Shown: positions 35,074 to 43,302 of the stretch, piece by piece | How positions within the stretch are numbered: the first letter of the stretch is position 1 | Layout of the letters: each line of letters opens with the position of its first letter | Assembly: GCA_052143575.1 (NCBI GenBank) | Contig: JBKQSP010000051.1 | Span: 6,308-70,307, forward strand | From: Acidimicrobiales bacterium | Lineage (GTDB): Bacteria > Actinomycetota > Acidimicrobiia > Acidimicrobiales > Bog-793 | DNA length: 64,000 nucleotides | Reading direction: 5' to 3' | Notes under the pieces: model-generated | The model's input: only the letters and a program-made list of their open reading frames with translations | Told to the model about the DNA's origin: nothing | The model's database searches: none | Position numbers and translations under genes: made by a program

Positions 35074-36407
35074 GATCGGCTGAACATCTCCTTCGCCTTT
35101 GTCAACCCGGCGCTGAGCGCCAGCACGTCATCCTCATCGTTGTACAGGTAGACGGACGCTCGGGCGGTCGCCGGCACCTCGAGGCGGCGCATGAGGGGCT
35201 TGGCGCAGTGGTGTCCCGCCCGCACGCAGACGCCTTCGGCGTCGAGCACCTGGGCGAGGTCGTGCGAATGGATGTCCCGATAGGCGATCGAGATGGCGCC
35301 GCCGCGAACCGCCGGATCTGGCTCCGGCCCGAAGAAGCGCACGTCAGGGCCGTGCTCGTTCCGCAACGTCTCGAACGTGAATGCCGTGAGGGAGGCCTCG
35401 TGCTCGGCGATGCGGTCCATGCCGACGGCCTCGAGGTAGCTGACGGCGGCACCGAGGCCGATCGCCTCGGCAATGGGGGGCGTGCCCGCTTCGAACTTCC
35501 AGGGCAGATCGTTCGTCGTGAAGCCGTCGAGGCGGACGTCACGGATCATCTCGCCGCCACCGAGGAACGGCGGCATTGCCTCCAGCAGCTCCTCACGGGC
35601 CCAGAGGACCCCGATGCCGGTGGGGCCGAGCATCTTGTGGCCCGTAAAGGCGAGGAAGTCGACGCCGAGGCGGGCGACATCGACATGGCGGTGGGGGACG
35701 AGCTGCGACCCGTCGCACACGACGACGGCGCCGTTGGCGTGCGCCGCTTCCACGATGGGGTCGAGGTCGTTGATCGTGCCGAGGACGTTCGACATGGCCG
35801 TCACCGCAACGATGCCGGCGCCGTCGGTCAGCTCGTCGAGGTCGCGCAGATCGAGCTGGTAGCCGTCGGTGATGGGCAGGTAGCGCAGCTCGACGCCGCG
35901 CTCCTCGGCGAGCATCAGCCAGGGGACGATGTTGGCGTGATGCTCCATCTCCGTGAGCACGATCGCCTTTCCGTCCGGCAGACGCCGGCGACCGTAGGAG
36001 TGGGCCACAAGGTTGAGCGCCTCCGTGGCGTTCTTCGCAAAGACGATCTCGGTCGCCGGCTTCGGCGCACCGATGAAACGGCCGAGGTGATGGCGCGCCT
36101 CCTCGTACTGGCGGGTGGCCTCCTCGGCGATGGCATAGACGCCGCGGTGCACGTTGGCGTGCGTCGTCTCGTAGTAAGCGTCCATGACCTCGAGCACCTG
36201 GCGGGGATGCTGGGAGGAGGACGCCGAGTCGAGGTAGGCGAGGCGATGGCCCGCCCGCTCCTGCTGGAGGAGGGGGAAGTCGGCGCGCAGGGCGGCGGCA
36301 TCGAGCGGGGACGGCGCCACCGCGACGGCCCTGGCGGCGAGCGGCGCCGCGGCCGGATCGGTGCTGCCTTCGTTCACCACGTCGTCGGCCGTGGTGGTCG
36401 AGGTCAT
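35070..36407 (-). CDS. sufS: cysteine desulfurase SufS
   Basis: ATG 36407 (ATGA overlap with the sufC stop). PLP-enzyme motifs (FTGHKMLGPTGIG, RAGHHCAKPL). The longer 36773 start overlaps sufC and was rejected. Confidence 0.9.
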   Translation of the reverse strand: MTSTTTADDVVNEGSTDPAAAPLAARAVAVAPSPLDAAALRADFPLLQQERAGHRLAYLDSASSSQHPRQVLEVMDAYYETTHANVHRGVYAIAEEATRQYEEARHHLGRFIGAPKPATEIVFAKNATEALNLVAHSYGRRRLPDGKAIVLTEMEHHANIVPWLMLAEERGVELRYLPITDGYQLDLRDLDELTDGAGIVAVTAMSNVLGTINDLDPIVEAAHANGAVVVCDGSQLVPHRHVDVARLGVDFLAFTGHKMLGPTGIGVLWAREELLEAMPPFLGGGEMIRDVRLDGFTTNDLPWKFEAGTPPIAEAIGLGAAVSYLEAVGMDRIAEHEASLTAFTFETLRNEHGPDVRFFGPEPDPAVRGGAISIAYRDIHSHDLAQVLDAEGVCVRAGHHCAKPLMRRLEVPATARASVYLYNDEDDVLALSAGLTKAKEMFSRS

Positions 36408-37162
36408 GGGCGCCACCTCTCGTACCCTTCGGCATCGAGCCGCTCGGCCAACTCCGGGCCGCCCGAGTCGACGATGCGGCCCTCGATGAAGACGTGGACA
36501 CGGTCGGGCGCCAGCTCCTCGAGGATGCGCCGGTAGTGCGTCACGATCACGATGCCGAGCTCGGGCTGCATACGCCGCACCTCGGTGACACCTTTGGCGA
36601 CGATCCGCAGGGCGTCCACGTCGAGGCCCGAGTCGGTCTCGTCGAGGACGGCGAGCAGCGGCTCGAGCATGGCCATCTGGAGGATCTCGTTGCGCTTCTT
36701 CTCCCCGCCGGAGAAGCCCTCGTTCAGGTACCTGGAGGCGAAGCTCGGATCCATCTCGAGTCGCTGCATCCACTCCGTCAGGGCCACGCGGACCTCCAGC
36801 ACCGAGAGGTCGGTGCCTTTGCGGGCGGAGACGGCCTGACGGAGGAACTGGCTGACGGGCACGCCCGGGATCTCCTCGGGGTACTGGAAGGCCATGAAGA
36901 TGCCCGCCTTCGCCCGTACGTCGACGGGCCAGAGCGTGATGTCCTCGCCCTGGAAGACGATGCGACCCTTCGTCACCCGATAGCCCGGGTTGCCGGCGAT
37001 CGTGTTGGCGAGCGTCGACTTGCCCGAGCCGTTCGGCCCCATGATGGCGTGCAACTCACCGGAGGCGACCTCGAGGTTCACGCCACGCAGGATCTCGGTG
37101 TCCTCGACGGCGACGTGCAGATCCTCGATCGTCAGCAGGGGCGTGGGGGCAACGTCTGGCAC
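36404..37162 (-). CDS. sufC: Fe-S cluster assembly ATPase SufC
   Basis: Walker A GPNGSGKST, signature FSGGEKKR, Walker B AVLDETDSGLD. Confidence 0.93.
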   Translation of the reverse strand: MPDVAPTPLLTIEDLHVAVEDTEILRGVNLEVASGELHAIMGPNGSGKSTLANTIAGNPGYRVTKGRIVFQGEDITLWPVDVRAKAGIFMAFQYPEEIPGVPVSQFLRQAVSARKGTDLSVLEVRVALTEWMQRLEMDPSFASRYLNEGFSGGEKKRNEILQMAMLEPLLAVLDETDSGLDVDALRIVAKGVTEVRRMQPELGIVIVTHYRRILEELAPDRVHVFIEGRIVDSGGPELAERLDAEGYERWRP

Positions 37163-37247
37163 CGTCTCATCCTACCGCCCACGCCTGATTTGCACTACCG
37201 CCGTAGGAGAAACCCAAGGTGTCGCCGCCAGCCGGCAAGGGGCAGCG

Positions 37248-37850
37248 TTACCAGCCGCGCGCAACCCATTCGTCGAGATGGGGAGCCTCCTCGCCGATGG
37301 TCGTGTCCTTGCCGTGGCCGGGCATGACAATCGTGTCGCTTGCAAAGGGCGCGAAGAGGCGGCGCTCGATGGACTCGATGATCGTCGGGAAGTTGCCACC
37401 GGCGAACTTCGTGTTGCCGGGACCACCGGGAAACAGCGTGTCGCCGGAGAGGAGCACGGGGGAGCCCTCGATCGAGAAGCACATCGAGCCGGGCGTGTGG
37501 CCCGGTGTGAGGATCGTGTGGATGCGGAGGCGCCCCACCGTGATGAGGGCGTCGTCCTCGAGGACCGTGTCGTAGGAGGGCAGCATGGCGGCATCGGCGG
37601 CGGTGACGCCGACGTCGTAGCCGGCGTCACGCAACTGGGGGACGGCCTGGATGTGGTCCCAGTGCCCGTGGGTCTCGAGCACGCGGCGGACACCGAGCGT
37701 CCTGCACAGCTCGAGCAGCTGTTCGTGCTCGTTGGCGGCATCGATGAGGACCGAGTCCCCCGTCTGCTTGCAGCGGACGATGTAGACGTTGTTGTCCATC
37801 GGCCCGACCACGGTCTTGTGGATCTCGACTTGGCTGTCCTCGTAGTGCAC
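37248..37850 (-). CDS. MBL-fold metallo-hydrolase (glyoxalase II-like)
   Basis: THGHWDH motif; 200 aa. Confidence 0.8.
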   Translation of the reverse strand: MHYEDSQVEIHKTVVGPMDNNVYIVRCKQTGDSVLIDAANEHEQLLELCRTLGVRRVLETHGHWDHIQAVPQLRDAGYDVGVTAADAAMLPSYDTVLEDDALITVGRLRIHTILTPGHTPGSMCFSIEGSPVLLSGDTLFPGGPGNTKFAGGNFPTIIESIERRLFAPFASDTIVMPGHGKDTTIGEEAPHLDEWVARGW

Positions 37851-37941
37851 GGCTTGCCTCCTTGCGGCGCTCTTCGCCTGTCGCCGGCGGTCGCCTCCAG
37901 ACTAAGGTTCCGCCGTACCTAGGCCCGCGTGGGAGGCAGTT

Positions 37942-39057
37942 GTGAATTTCGGATTCTCTGAGGAACAAGAGGAGCTGCGCAGGGCTGTGCGGCGCTTCCT
38001 CGACGACAAGTCGCCGAGCACGGAGGTGCGCCGGCTGATGGAGACGACCGAGGGCTATGACGCCGCCGTTTGGTCGCAGATGGCGAACCAGCTGGGGCTG
38101 CAGGCGATCAGCATCCCGGAGGAGTACGGCGGGGCGGGTTTCGGGTACGTGGAGCTCGTCGTCGTGCTCGAGGAGATGGGCCGCTCCCTCTTGTGCGCCC
38201 CGTACTTCTCGACCGTCGCACTTGCCGCCAACGCCCTGCTCAGCTCGGGTGACGAGGGAGCCAAGGCCGAGTATCTGCCCGGCATCGCCAGTGGTGAGAC
38301 CATCGCCACGCTGGCCTTCACCGAAGAGAGCGGTCGCTGGGATGTCGAGGGCATCGCCATGGTGGCAAGCCGTGCCGGCGACGGCTGGATGCTCGACGGT
38401 ACGAAGTCCTATGTCATCGACGGCCACACGGCCGACCTCATCCTCGTCGCAGCTCGCACCGGCAATGGCGTGAGCCTCTTCGCCCTGCCTGGTGACGCCG
38501 AGGGGCTGACGCGCACGCCGTTCGCAACAATGGACCAGACTCGCAAGCAAGCGAAGCTGACGTTCGCCGCCACGCCGGCCCGCTTGGTCGGCGAGGAAGG
38601 CGGTGCCGGGCCGGTGCTCTCCAAGACGCTCGACCTCGCCGCCGTAGCACTCGCCGCCGAGCAGGTGGGCGGGGCGCAGCGGGTGCTCGACATGAGCGTC
38701 GAGTACGCCAAGCACCGCATCCAGTTCGGGCGCCCCATCGGGAGCTTCCAGGCCATCAAACACAAGTGCGCCGACATGCTCCTCGAGGTCGAGTCGGCGA
38801 AGTCGGCTGCCTACTACGCCGGCTGGGCGGCGGCGGAGGACAACGACGAGCTGCCGGTGACGGCCTGCCTGGCGAAGGCCTACTGCTCGGAGGCGTACTT
38901 CCACGCCGCCGCCGAGAACATCCAGATCCACGGCGGTATCGGCTTTACCTGGGACCACGACGCCCACCTGTACTTCAAGCGGGCAAAGTCCTCCGAGCTC
39001 ATCCTCGGAGACCCCTCGTACCACCGCGAGCTGCTCGCCCAGCGCATCGGTATCTAA
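37942..39057 (+). CDS. acyl-CoA dehydrogenase family protein
   Basis: MNFGFSEEQEELRRAVRRFL… N-terminus and the C-terminal IHGGIGFTWDH motif. Confidence 0.85.
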   Translation: MNFGFSEEQEELRRAVRRFLDDKSPSTEVRRLMETTEGYDAAVWSQMANQLGLQAISIPEEYGGAGFGYVELVVVLEEMGRSLLCAPYFSTVALAANALLSSGDEGAKAEYLPGIASGETIATLAFTEESGRWDVEGIAMVASRAGDGWMLDGTKSYVIDGHTADLILVAARTGNGVSLFALPGDAEGLTRTPFATMDQTRKQAKLTFAATPARLVGEEGGAGPVLSKTLDLAAVALAAEQVGGAQRVLDMSVEYAKHRIQFGRPIGSFQAIKHKCADMLLEVESAKSAAYYAGWAAAEDNDELPVTACLAKAYCSEAYFHAAAENIQIHGGIGFTWDHDAHLYFKRAKSSELILGDPSYHRELLAQRIGI

Positions 39058-39101
39058 CACACGGGGCATCGACGCTGCCCACGGCCTGAGGTGCCGGCGT
39101 C

Positions 39102-39761
39102 TCAGAGGCCGAGGAGGCCGGGCAGCTCCGACATCTTGTTGAAGACGATGGCCCCGGGCAGCTGCAGCAAGGAAGCCGGCGTCATCCCGCCGGCGAATCC
39201 GTAGGCGGCCATGCCGGCGGCGAGGGCCGCCGCGAGCCCGAACGGGCTGTCCTCGATGACGGCGCAGCGAGCCGGCTCGACACCGCTCACCGCCGCAGCG
39301 TGGAGGAACAAATCCGGCGCCGGCTTCCCGTGTTCCACCTCGTCGGCGCTGAACAGGCGCCCCTCGAAGCGGGCCAGCAAGCCCGTCAGCCCGAGCGTGA
39401 ATCTCATCTTGTCGTGGGTGCCGCTCGATGCCACGCACATCGCGACGTGCGCCTGAGCGAGGGCGTCGAGCACGGCCTCGACGCCGTCGACGGACGTGAG
39501 CTCGCGTTCGAAGGCTTCCTCGTATCGCCGGTCGATCTCGCCGTACAGCTCGGGAGGCAGTGACCGGCCGATGTGGGCCTCGATGTCCCGGTTGCAGTCC
39601 TCTGCCGACCGTCCGACAAAACGCTCGATCACCTCCTCCTCCGTCATCGGCCACCCGAGCTCGGTGATCACGGCGGCATCGATCGGGATGGCGATGCGCT
39701 CGGTGTCTACGAGGATGCCGTCGCAGTCGAAGATGACGAGCTCTGGATTGGTGAGCAGCAC
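39102..39761 (-). CDS. HAD-superfamily hydrolase (beta-phosphoglucomutase-like subfamily IA)
   Basis: GTG 39761. Motif I is VIFDCDGILVD; later motifs are CVASSG and GKPAPD…VIEDS. The 40049 start begins inside a terminator hairpin and was rejected. Confidence 0.78.
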   Translation of the reverse strand: MLLTNPELVIFDCDGILVDTERIAIPIDAAVITELGWPMTEEEVIERFVGRSAEDCNRDIEAHIGRSLPPELYGEIDRRYEEAFERELTSVDGVEAVLDALAQAHVAMCVASSGTHDKMRFTLGLTGLLARFEGRLFSADEVEHGKPAPDLFLHAAAVSGVEPARCAVIEDSPFGLAAALAAGMAAYGFAGGMTPASLLQLPGAIVFNKMSELPGLLGL

Positions 39762-39872
39762 GGTCTCACCGTAGGCGCCGGCCGTCTTCCTCCGAGACGT
39801 CCGGAATGCCGCCACGCGGCCCCGCGCGCTCGATATTGTTTGTGCACCAGAGAAAGGAGGTGGTCCAATCAC

Positions 39873-39917
39873 ATGAGTAGTCAACGCATTGGGACCCTGG
39901 AGGTGGCTGGCCGCTAG
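39873..39917 (+). other. 14-codon mini-ORF (MSSQRIGTLEVAGR) with strong SD, embedded in alternative hairpins; function unknown
   Basis: AAAGGAGGTGG at 39853-39863, ATG at 39873, TAG at 39915-39917. See the finding for the pairing scheme. Confidence 0.3.
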
Positions 39918-40032
39918 GCGGCTTGCTGGACCACCTGGTGACAACCAGTCAGACACCCTTGGCTCGCTCGGTCGGAAGCCGGTCCCATCCGATGTAGTCC
40001 GAAGAGTCAAGCCTTTCAGCAGTTGCTTCGTT

Positions 40033-40066
40033 GGTCGTGGGCGGTCCATGTGGGCCGCCCACGACC
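40033..40066. terminator. strong perfect stem-loop just downstream of thiE (also closes the + strand mini-ORF region)
   Basis: ggtcgtgggcgg (40033-40044) pairs perfectly with ccgcccacgacc (40055-40066). The thiE stop is at 40071-40073. Confidence 0.65.
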
Positions 40067-40070
40067 GCGC

Positions 40071-40742
40071 TCAGGGTTCGGTGCGCCCGACGGCTCCGTC
40101 AAGGGCGGCGGCCAGCTGGCGGGCGGCACTCTCCGGCTCGGGCGACTCGGTCAGCCAGCGCACGACGACCACCCGCCGAGCTCCCGCCGCCACCATGGCT
40201 CCCACTGTGTCGGGTCGGGCGTTCCCCGTCACGAAGAACGGCATCGGCGGCGCGCATCCGGCGGCCAGACGGCTCGCTATCCGCACGTAGTCAAGGCCGG
40301 TTCCCGGTCGGCCGGGCTTTGTCGGTGTCGGCACGACCGGCCCGACCGAGACGTAGTCGACAGGTTCGAGAAGGGCCGCCTCCAGTTGGGCAGGCTCGTG
40401 TGTCGAGAGGCCGACGATGCCTCCTTCGCCGAGGAGGCGCCGCGCCTCGACAGCGGCGACGTCGTCCTGGCCGACGTGAACGCCGTCGGCGCCCATCTCG
40501 GCGGCGAGATCGGGACGGTCGTTCAGGATGAAGGGGACGCCCAGATCAGCGCACACCCGCTGGGCGAGGCCGGCCCGCTGCACGATGCCGGCATCGTCGA
40601 GGCGCTTGTCGCGAAGTTGGACGACGTCGACGCCACCCGAGATGCAGGCCCGCAGAAACCCCTCCAGATCCTCGCGGTCCGAGGTACACAGGTACAGGCG
40701 CCGACCCTGCAGGAAGGGATGTTCCTGGGTGGGCGGCGTCAC
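40071..40742 (-). CDS. thiE: thiamine-phosphate synthase
   Basis: LYLCTS…GGVDVVQLRDK…PFILNDRPDLA…GADGVHVGQDD…VGPVVPTPTKPG. The GTG start forms a GTGA overlap with the upstream gene's stop. Confidence 0.85.
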   Translation of the reverse strand: MTPPTQEHPFLQGRRLYLCTSDREDLEGFLRACISGGVDVVQLRDKRLDDAGIVQRAGLAQRVCADLGVPFILNDRPDLAAEMGADGVHVGQDDVAAVEARRLLGEGGIVGLSTHEPAQLEAALLEPVDYVSVGPVVPTPTKPGRPGTGLDYVRIASRLAAGCAPPMPFFVTGNARPDTVGAMVAAGARRVVVVRWLTESPEPESAARQLAAALDGAVGRTEP

Positions 40743-41632
40743 GCGGAGCTGGCGGCCTTCCTTGCCGGCGCCTTCCTTGCCGGCGCCTTCCTTGCCGGCG
40801 CCTTCTTTGCCGGCGCCTTCTTTGCCGGCGCCTTGGTGACCGGCGCCTTCTTGGCCGGTGCTTTCTTAGCCGCGCTGACCTTCTTGGCCGGCGCCGCCTT
40901 CCTCGCCGGGGTGGCCTTGGCGGGGGCCTTCTTGGCCGGCGCCTTCTTTGCCGGGGCCTTCTTCGTGGCCCGCGGTGCTTTCTTCGCCGGCGCCTGTGCC
41001 GCTGCCGCCTTGGCGGCGGCCTTCATCTCTCGCTTGTGCTCTCGCACGAGGACGAGCGCTTCCGGGCCGTCGATGTCGGCGATCGAGAGGTGGGTGCCGT
41101 GGTGACCGAACGGCGAGGCGACTTCGACCCAGCCGTCGGCCTTCAACCCGAGCTGCTTACCGAGGAGGGCAATGAAGATCTTGGCCTTCTGCTGTCCGAA
41201 TCCGGGCAGCGCACGCACGCGCGCGAACAGCTCGTTGCCGTCGCGGGCGGTCGTCCAGACCTTGGCGGCGTCGCCCCCGTACTCCTCGACGAGGTGGCGG
41301 GCAAGGGCTTGCACTCGCCTGGCCATGGCGGCCGGGTAGCGGTGCAGCGCCGGGCGAGCGGCGAACGCCGCGATGATGGCTTCTTCCGGCATCTCGGCGA
41401 GGCCGGCAGCGTCGAGGCGATCGTCAAGTCGATGCATCAGGTGGAATGGACCCTCGAAAGCCCACTCGAGTGGGATCTGCTGGTCGAGCACCATTCCGAT
41501 GAGAAGGGCGAGCGGATCCTCGGAGAGGAGCTGGTCGGCTTCCGGCGCTCCGGAGAGGTACAGCTTGGGTCGCTTGGTCGGCACGCCGACAAGGCTAGTC
41601 ATCGAGCAACCGTCGATGTTTGGCTGCACCAA
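40739..41632 (-). CDS. HhH-GPD-type base-excision-repair family protein fused to a Lys/Ala/Pro-rich histone-H1-like C-terminal tail
   Basis: The N-terminal ~195 aa (DPLALLIGMVLDQQIPLEWAF…LPGFGQQKAKIFIALLGKQLG) match that family from memory. The C-terminal ~97 aa are AKKAP/ARKAP repeats. The start may be ATG 41602. Confidence 0.7.
   Translation of the reverse strand: MVQPNIDGCSMTSLVGVPTKRPKLYLSGAPEADQLLSEDPLALLIGMVLDQQIPLEWAFEGPFHLMHRLDDRLDAAGLAEMPEEAIIAAFAARPALHRYPAAMARRVQALARHLVEEYGGDAAKVWTTARDGNELFARVRALPGFGQQKAKIFIALLGKQLGLKADGWVEVASPFGHHGTHLSIADIDGPEALVLVREHKREMKAAAKAAAAQAPAKKAPRATKKAPAKKAPAKKAPAKATPARKAAPAKKVSAAKKAPAKKAPVTKAPAKKAPAKKAPARKAPARKAPARKAASSA
40750..41025 (-). repeat. 15-bp-based tandem repeats (ggcgccttcYttgcc on + strand) encoding (P)AKKA units
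   Basis: Read directly. Near-perfect copies lie at about 40755-40850 and degenerate copies beyond. Confidence 0.9.
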
Positions 41633-41789
41633 CCCGACTTCTGCCGCCCCCAGCCCGTCGTGCTCGACGGACCGAGATGAACGAACTCATCCAGCGTCGA
41701 GCCGTCGCTGATCTAGCTTCCCACCTCACCGAGACGCTTCCATGCGCACGCAACCTGCCCGGAGCGCGCCTGAGGCGCTGCCATCCAGG

Positions 41790-42113
41790 TCAGTACTGGA
41801 TGTCCAGGGCGTAGCGGAGGGCTCGGTCGAGGGCAGCGCGCTTCTCCAGGTTGAGATGCCCAACCGGCCTTTCTGCCAACGTCGACATGGGCAGGGTGAC
41901 CACGTTGTCGCAAGCGATGACGCTGACTGCAGGCAACCCTTCGTCGGGTCCGACTTCAACTTCTGATCGAATTCCGCGGATAGTCCGCCTGATTGGAGCG
42001 CATGTCACCGAAGAGAGCACCTGAATCGCAGCGTCTCTCGTGAGTACGCACACGGGCCGCCGGCCGGCCCGAGCACCGAGCTCAGCCCAGATGATGTCTC
42101 CCCGTGCTACCAC
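41790..42113 (-). CDS. mazF: type II toxin, MazF/PemK-family endoribonuclease
   Basis: 107 aa with RGDIIWAELGARAGRRPVCVLTRD…VTCAPIRRTIRG…ACDNVVTL, the PemK-like pattern. Confidence 0.8.
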   Translation of the reverse strand: MVARGDIIWAELGARAGRRPVCVLTRDAAIQVLSSVTCAPIRRTIRGIRSEVEVGPDEGLPAVSVIACDNVVTLPMSTLAERPVGHLNLEKRAALDRALRYALDIQY

Positions 42114-42352
42114 TCGGGAGCAGTCTCGGCCGCAAGTCGAGCGGCAGCCTCGACGAACTCGGGGTCCTGGGGGAGCCGCCGGTAGGCATCCTGGAGCTCG
42201 AGGTCTGCCTGATGAAGATCGTCGGCAATCAACACAGCCAACGCACCGCGGCGCAACAGCTCAGACCGGTTCGTTCCTCGTTCGGAAGCCATGCGGTCGA
42301 GTCGAGCGACGAGGTCATCGTCGAGTTGAACCAGCACTTCACGCCTAGCCAT
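42107..42352 (-). CDS. ribbon-helix-helix (CopG/MazE-like) antitoxin
   Basis: 81 aa. RHH N-terminus EVLVQLDDDLVARLDRMASERGTNRSELLRRGAL. Overlaps the toxin start by 7 nt. Confidence 0.75.
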   Translation of the reverse strand: MARREVLVQLDDDLVARLDRMASERGTNRSELLRRGALAVLIADDLHQADLELQDAYRRLPQDPEFVEAAARLAAETAPEW

Positions 42353-42522
42353 AGACCATATGCTAACGCATATGGCGCATGCTCCGGCGGCCCCGGCTCT
42401 GCTGCCGCCCCCACGGCATGTTGCACGAAACCTGAGATGCTCGCAGCTCTTCCGGCAAGGGCAAGGGCGTGGACCCGGTCGAGCTGTGCGGCGAGCGTGA
42501 TGGTCACTTTTCTGGTCGCCAT
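42229..42522 (-). pseudogene. second RHH-like ORF; only the first ~45 codons look protein-like and the rest runs out of frame across the antitoxin gene (possible remnant or short orphan antitoxin)
   Basis: ATG 42522. The RHH pattern is MATRKVTITLAAQLDRVHALALAGRAASISGFVQHAV. The downstream W/C-rich sequence overlaps 42229..42352 of the antitoxin in another frame. Confidence 0.35.
42356..42375. promoter_or_regulatory. palindrome CCATATGC-TAAC-GCATATGG immediately upstream of the antitoxin ATG, overlapping a TAGCAT -10-like hexamer (leaderless type)
   Basis: Read directly. On the minus strand TAGCAT is at 42365-42360, with 7 nt before ATG 42352 and no SD. Confidence 0.5.
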
Positions 42523-42693
42523 ACCGCTCGCCGGCAGGCCCAAGGTGGCTGACGGCGGCGGTCGCCGTCGGAGACCCTGGCAGGCCGTGACGACGGCGAG
42601 TACAACAACGAAGGGACGCGGCGTGCCCCGGAGCTCATGCACCGAAGCACGCTGGCACGAGGAGTGGGTACCCCACGGAAGGAGAGATCTGGC

Positions 42694-43302
42694 ATGAGCG
42701 TCACCCGCGGGTTCTTCGGCCGGGGGCGAGGGCCCCGTGACCCTCGGCTTCCGCCCGGTCAGTACGACGTCGGTTCGACGTGGCCGGTGCTCACGGCTGA
42801 ACCGACCCCGAGGTTGGCGACCGCGACGTGGACCTTCACGGTCGACGGGCTTGTGGAGCGACCGACGACCTGGACATGGGACGACGTGCACGCCCTCGAG
42901 CCCTCGAGCTACGAGGGCGACATCCACTGCGTGACCACCTGGTCGAAGCTGGGCGTCCGCTTTGCCGGGGTCTCGGTCGACACGCTGCTCGGCGCCGCCC
43001 GGCTGTTGCCGTCCGCCACGCACGTCCTCGCCGTGTGCCACACGGGCTACACGACGAACCTCCCGCTCGCCGACGTGACGGGAGGCAAGGCGTGGGTCGT
43101 CTGGGACTACGAGGGGCGACCGTTGCCCGTCGAGCACGGAGGCCCAGCCCGGCTGCTCGTGCCGCACCTGTATTTCTGGAAGAGCGCCAAATGGGTGTCA
43201 GGACTGCAGTTGCTCGATCACGACCAGCAGGGTTTCTGGGAACAAAACGGCTATCACGACCGAGGCGACCCCTGGCTGGAACAGCGGTACCAAGGTGACT
43301 GA
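42694..43302 (+). CDS. molybdopterin-dependent oxidoreductase (sulfite-oxidase/YedY-like Moco domain)
   Basis: ATG 42694 with a GGAAGGAGAG SD. Sequence WTFTVDGLV…IHCVTTWSKLG…GGPARLLVPHLYFWKSAKWV. Confidence 0.72.
   Translation: MSVTRGFFGRGRGPRDPRLPPGQYDVGSTWPVLTAEPTPRLATATWTFTVDGLVERPTTWTWDDVHALEPSSYEGDIHCVTTWSKLGVRFAGVSVDTLLGAARLLPSATHVLAVCHTGYTTNLPLADVTGGKAWVVWDYEGRPLPVEHGGPARLLVPHLYFWKSAKWVSGLQLLDHDQQGFWEQNGYHDRGDPWLEQRYQGD

Noticed and set aside
39880-40030. Possible SRP RNA, tRNA or other housekeeping RNA in the AT-richer gap
   Set aside because: I could not find the conserved SRP helix-8 sequence (GGUCCGGAAGGAAGCAGCC-like) or tRNA T-loop/anticodon architecture. The region is kept only as an uncharacterised structured element.
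40743-40800. TPP riboswitch upstream of thiE
   Set aside because: thiE has no free 5' UTR. Its GTG overlaps the stop of the upstream coding gene (GTGA), so there is no room for a riboswitch.
41633-42693. Mobile genetic element around the toxin-antitoxin genes
   Set aside because: Apart from lower GC content, I saw no integrase, transposase, tRNA target or flanking direct or inverted repeats. It is treated as a simple TA islet.
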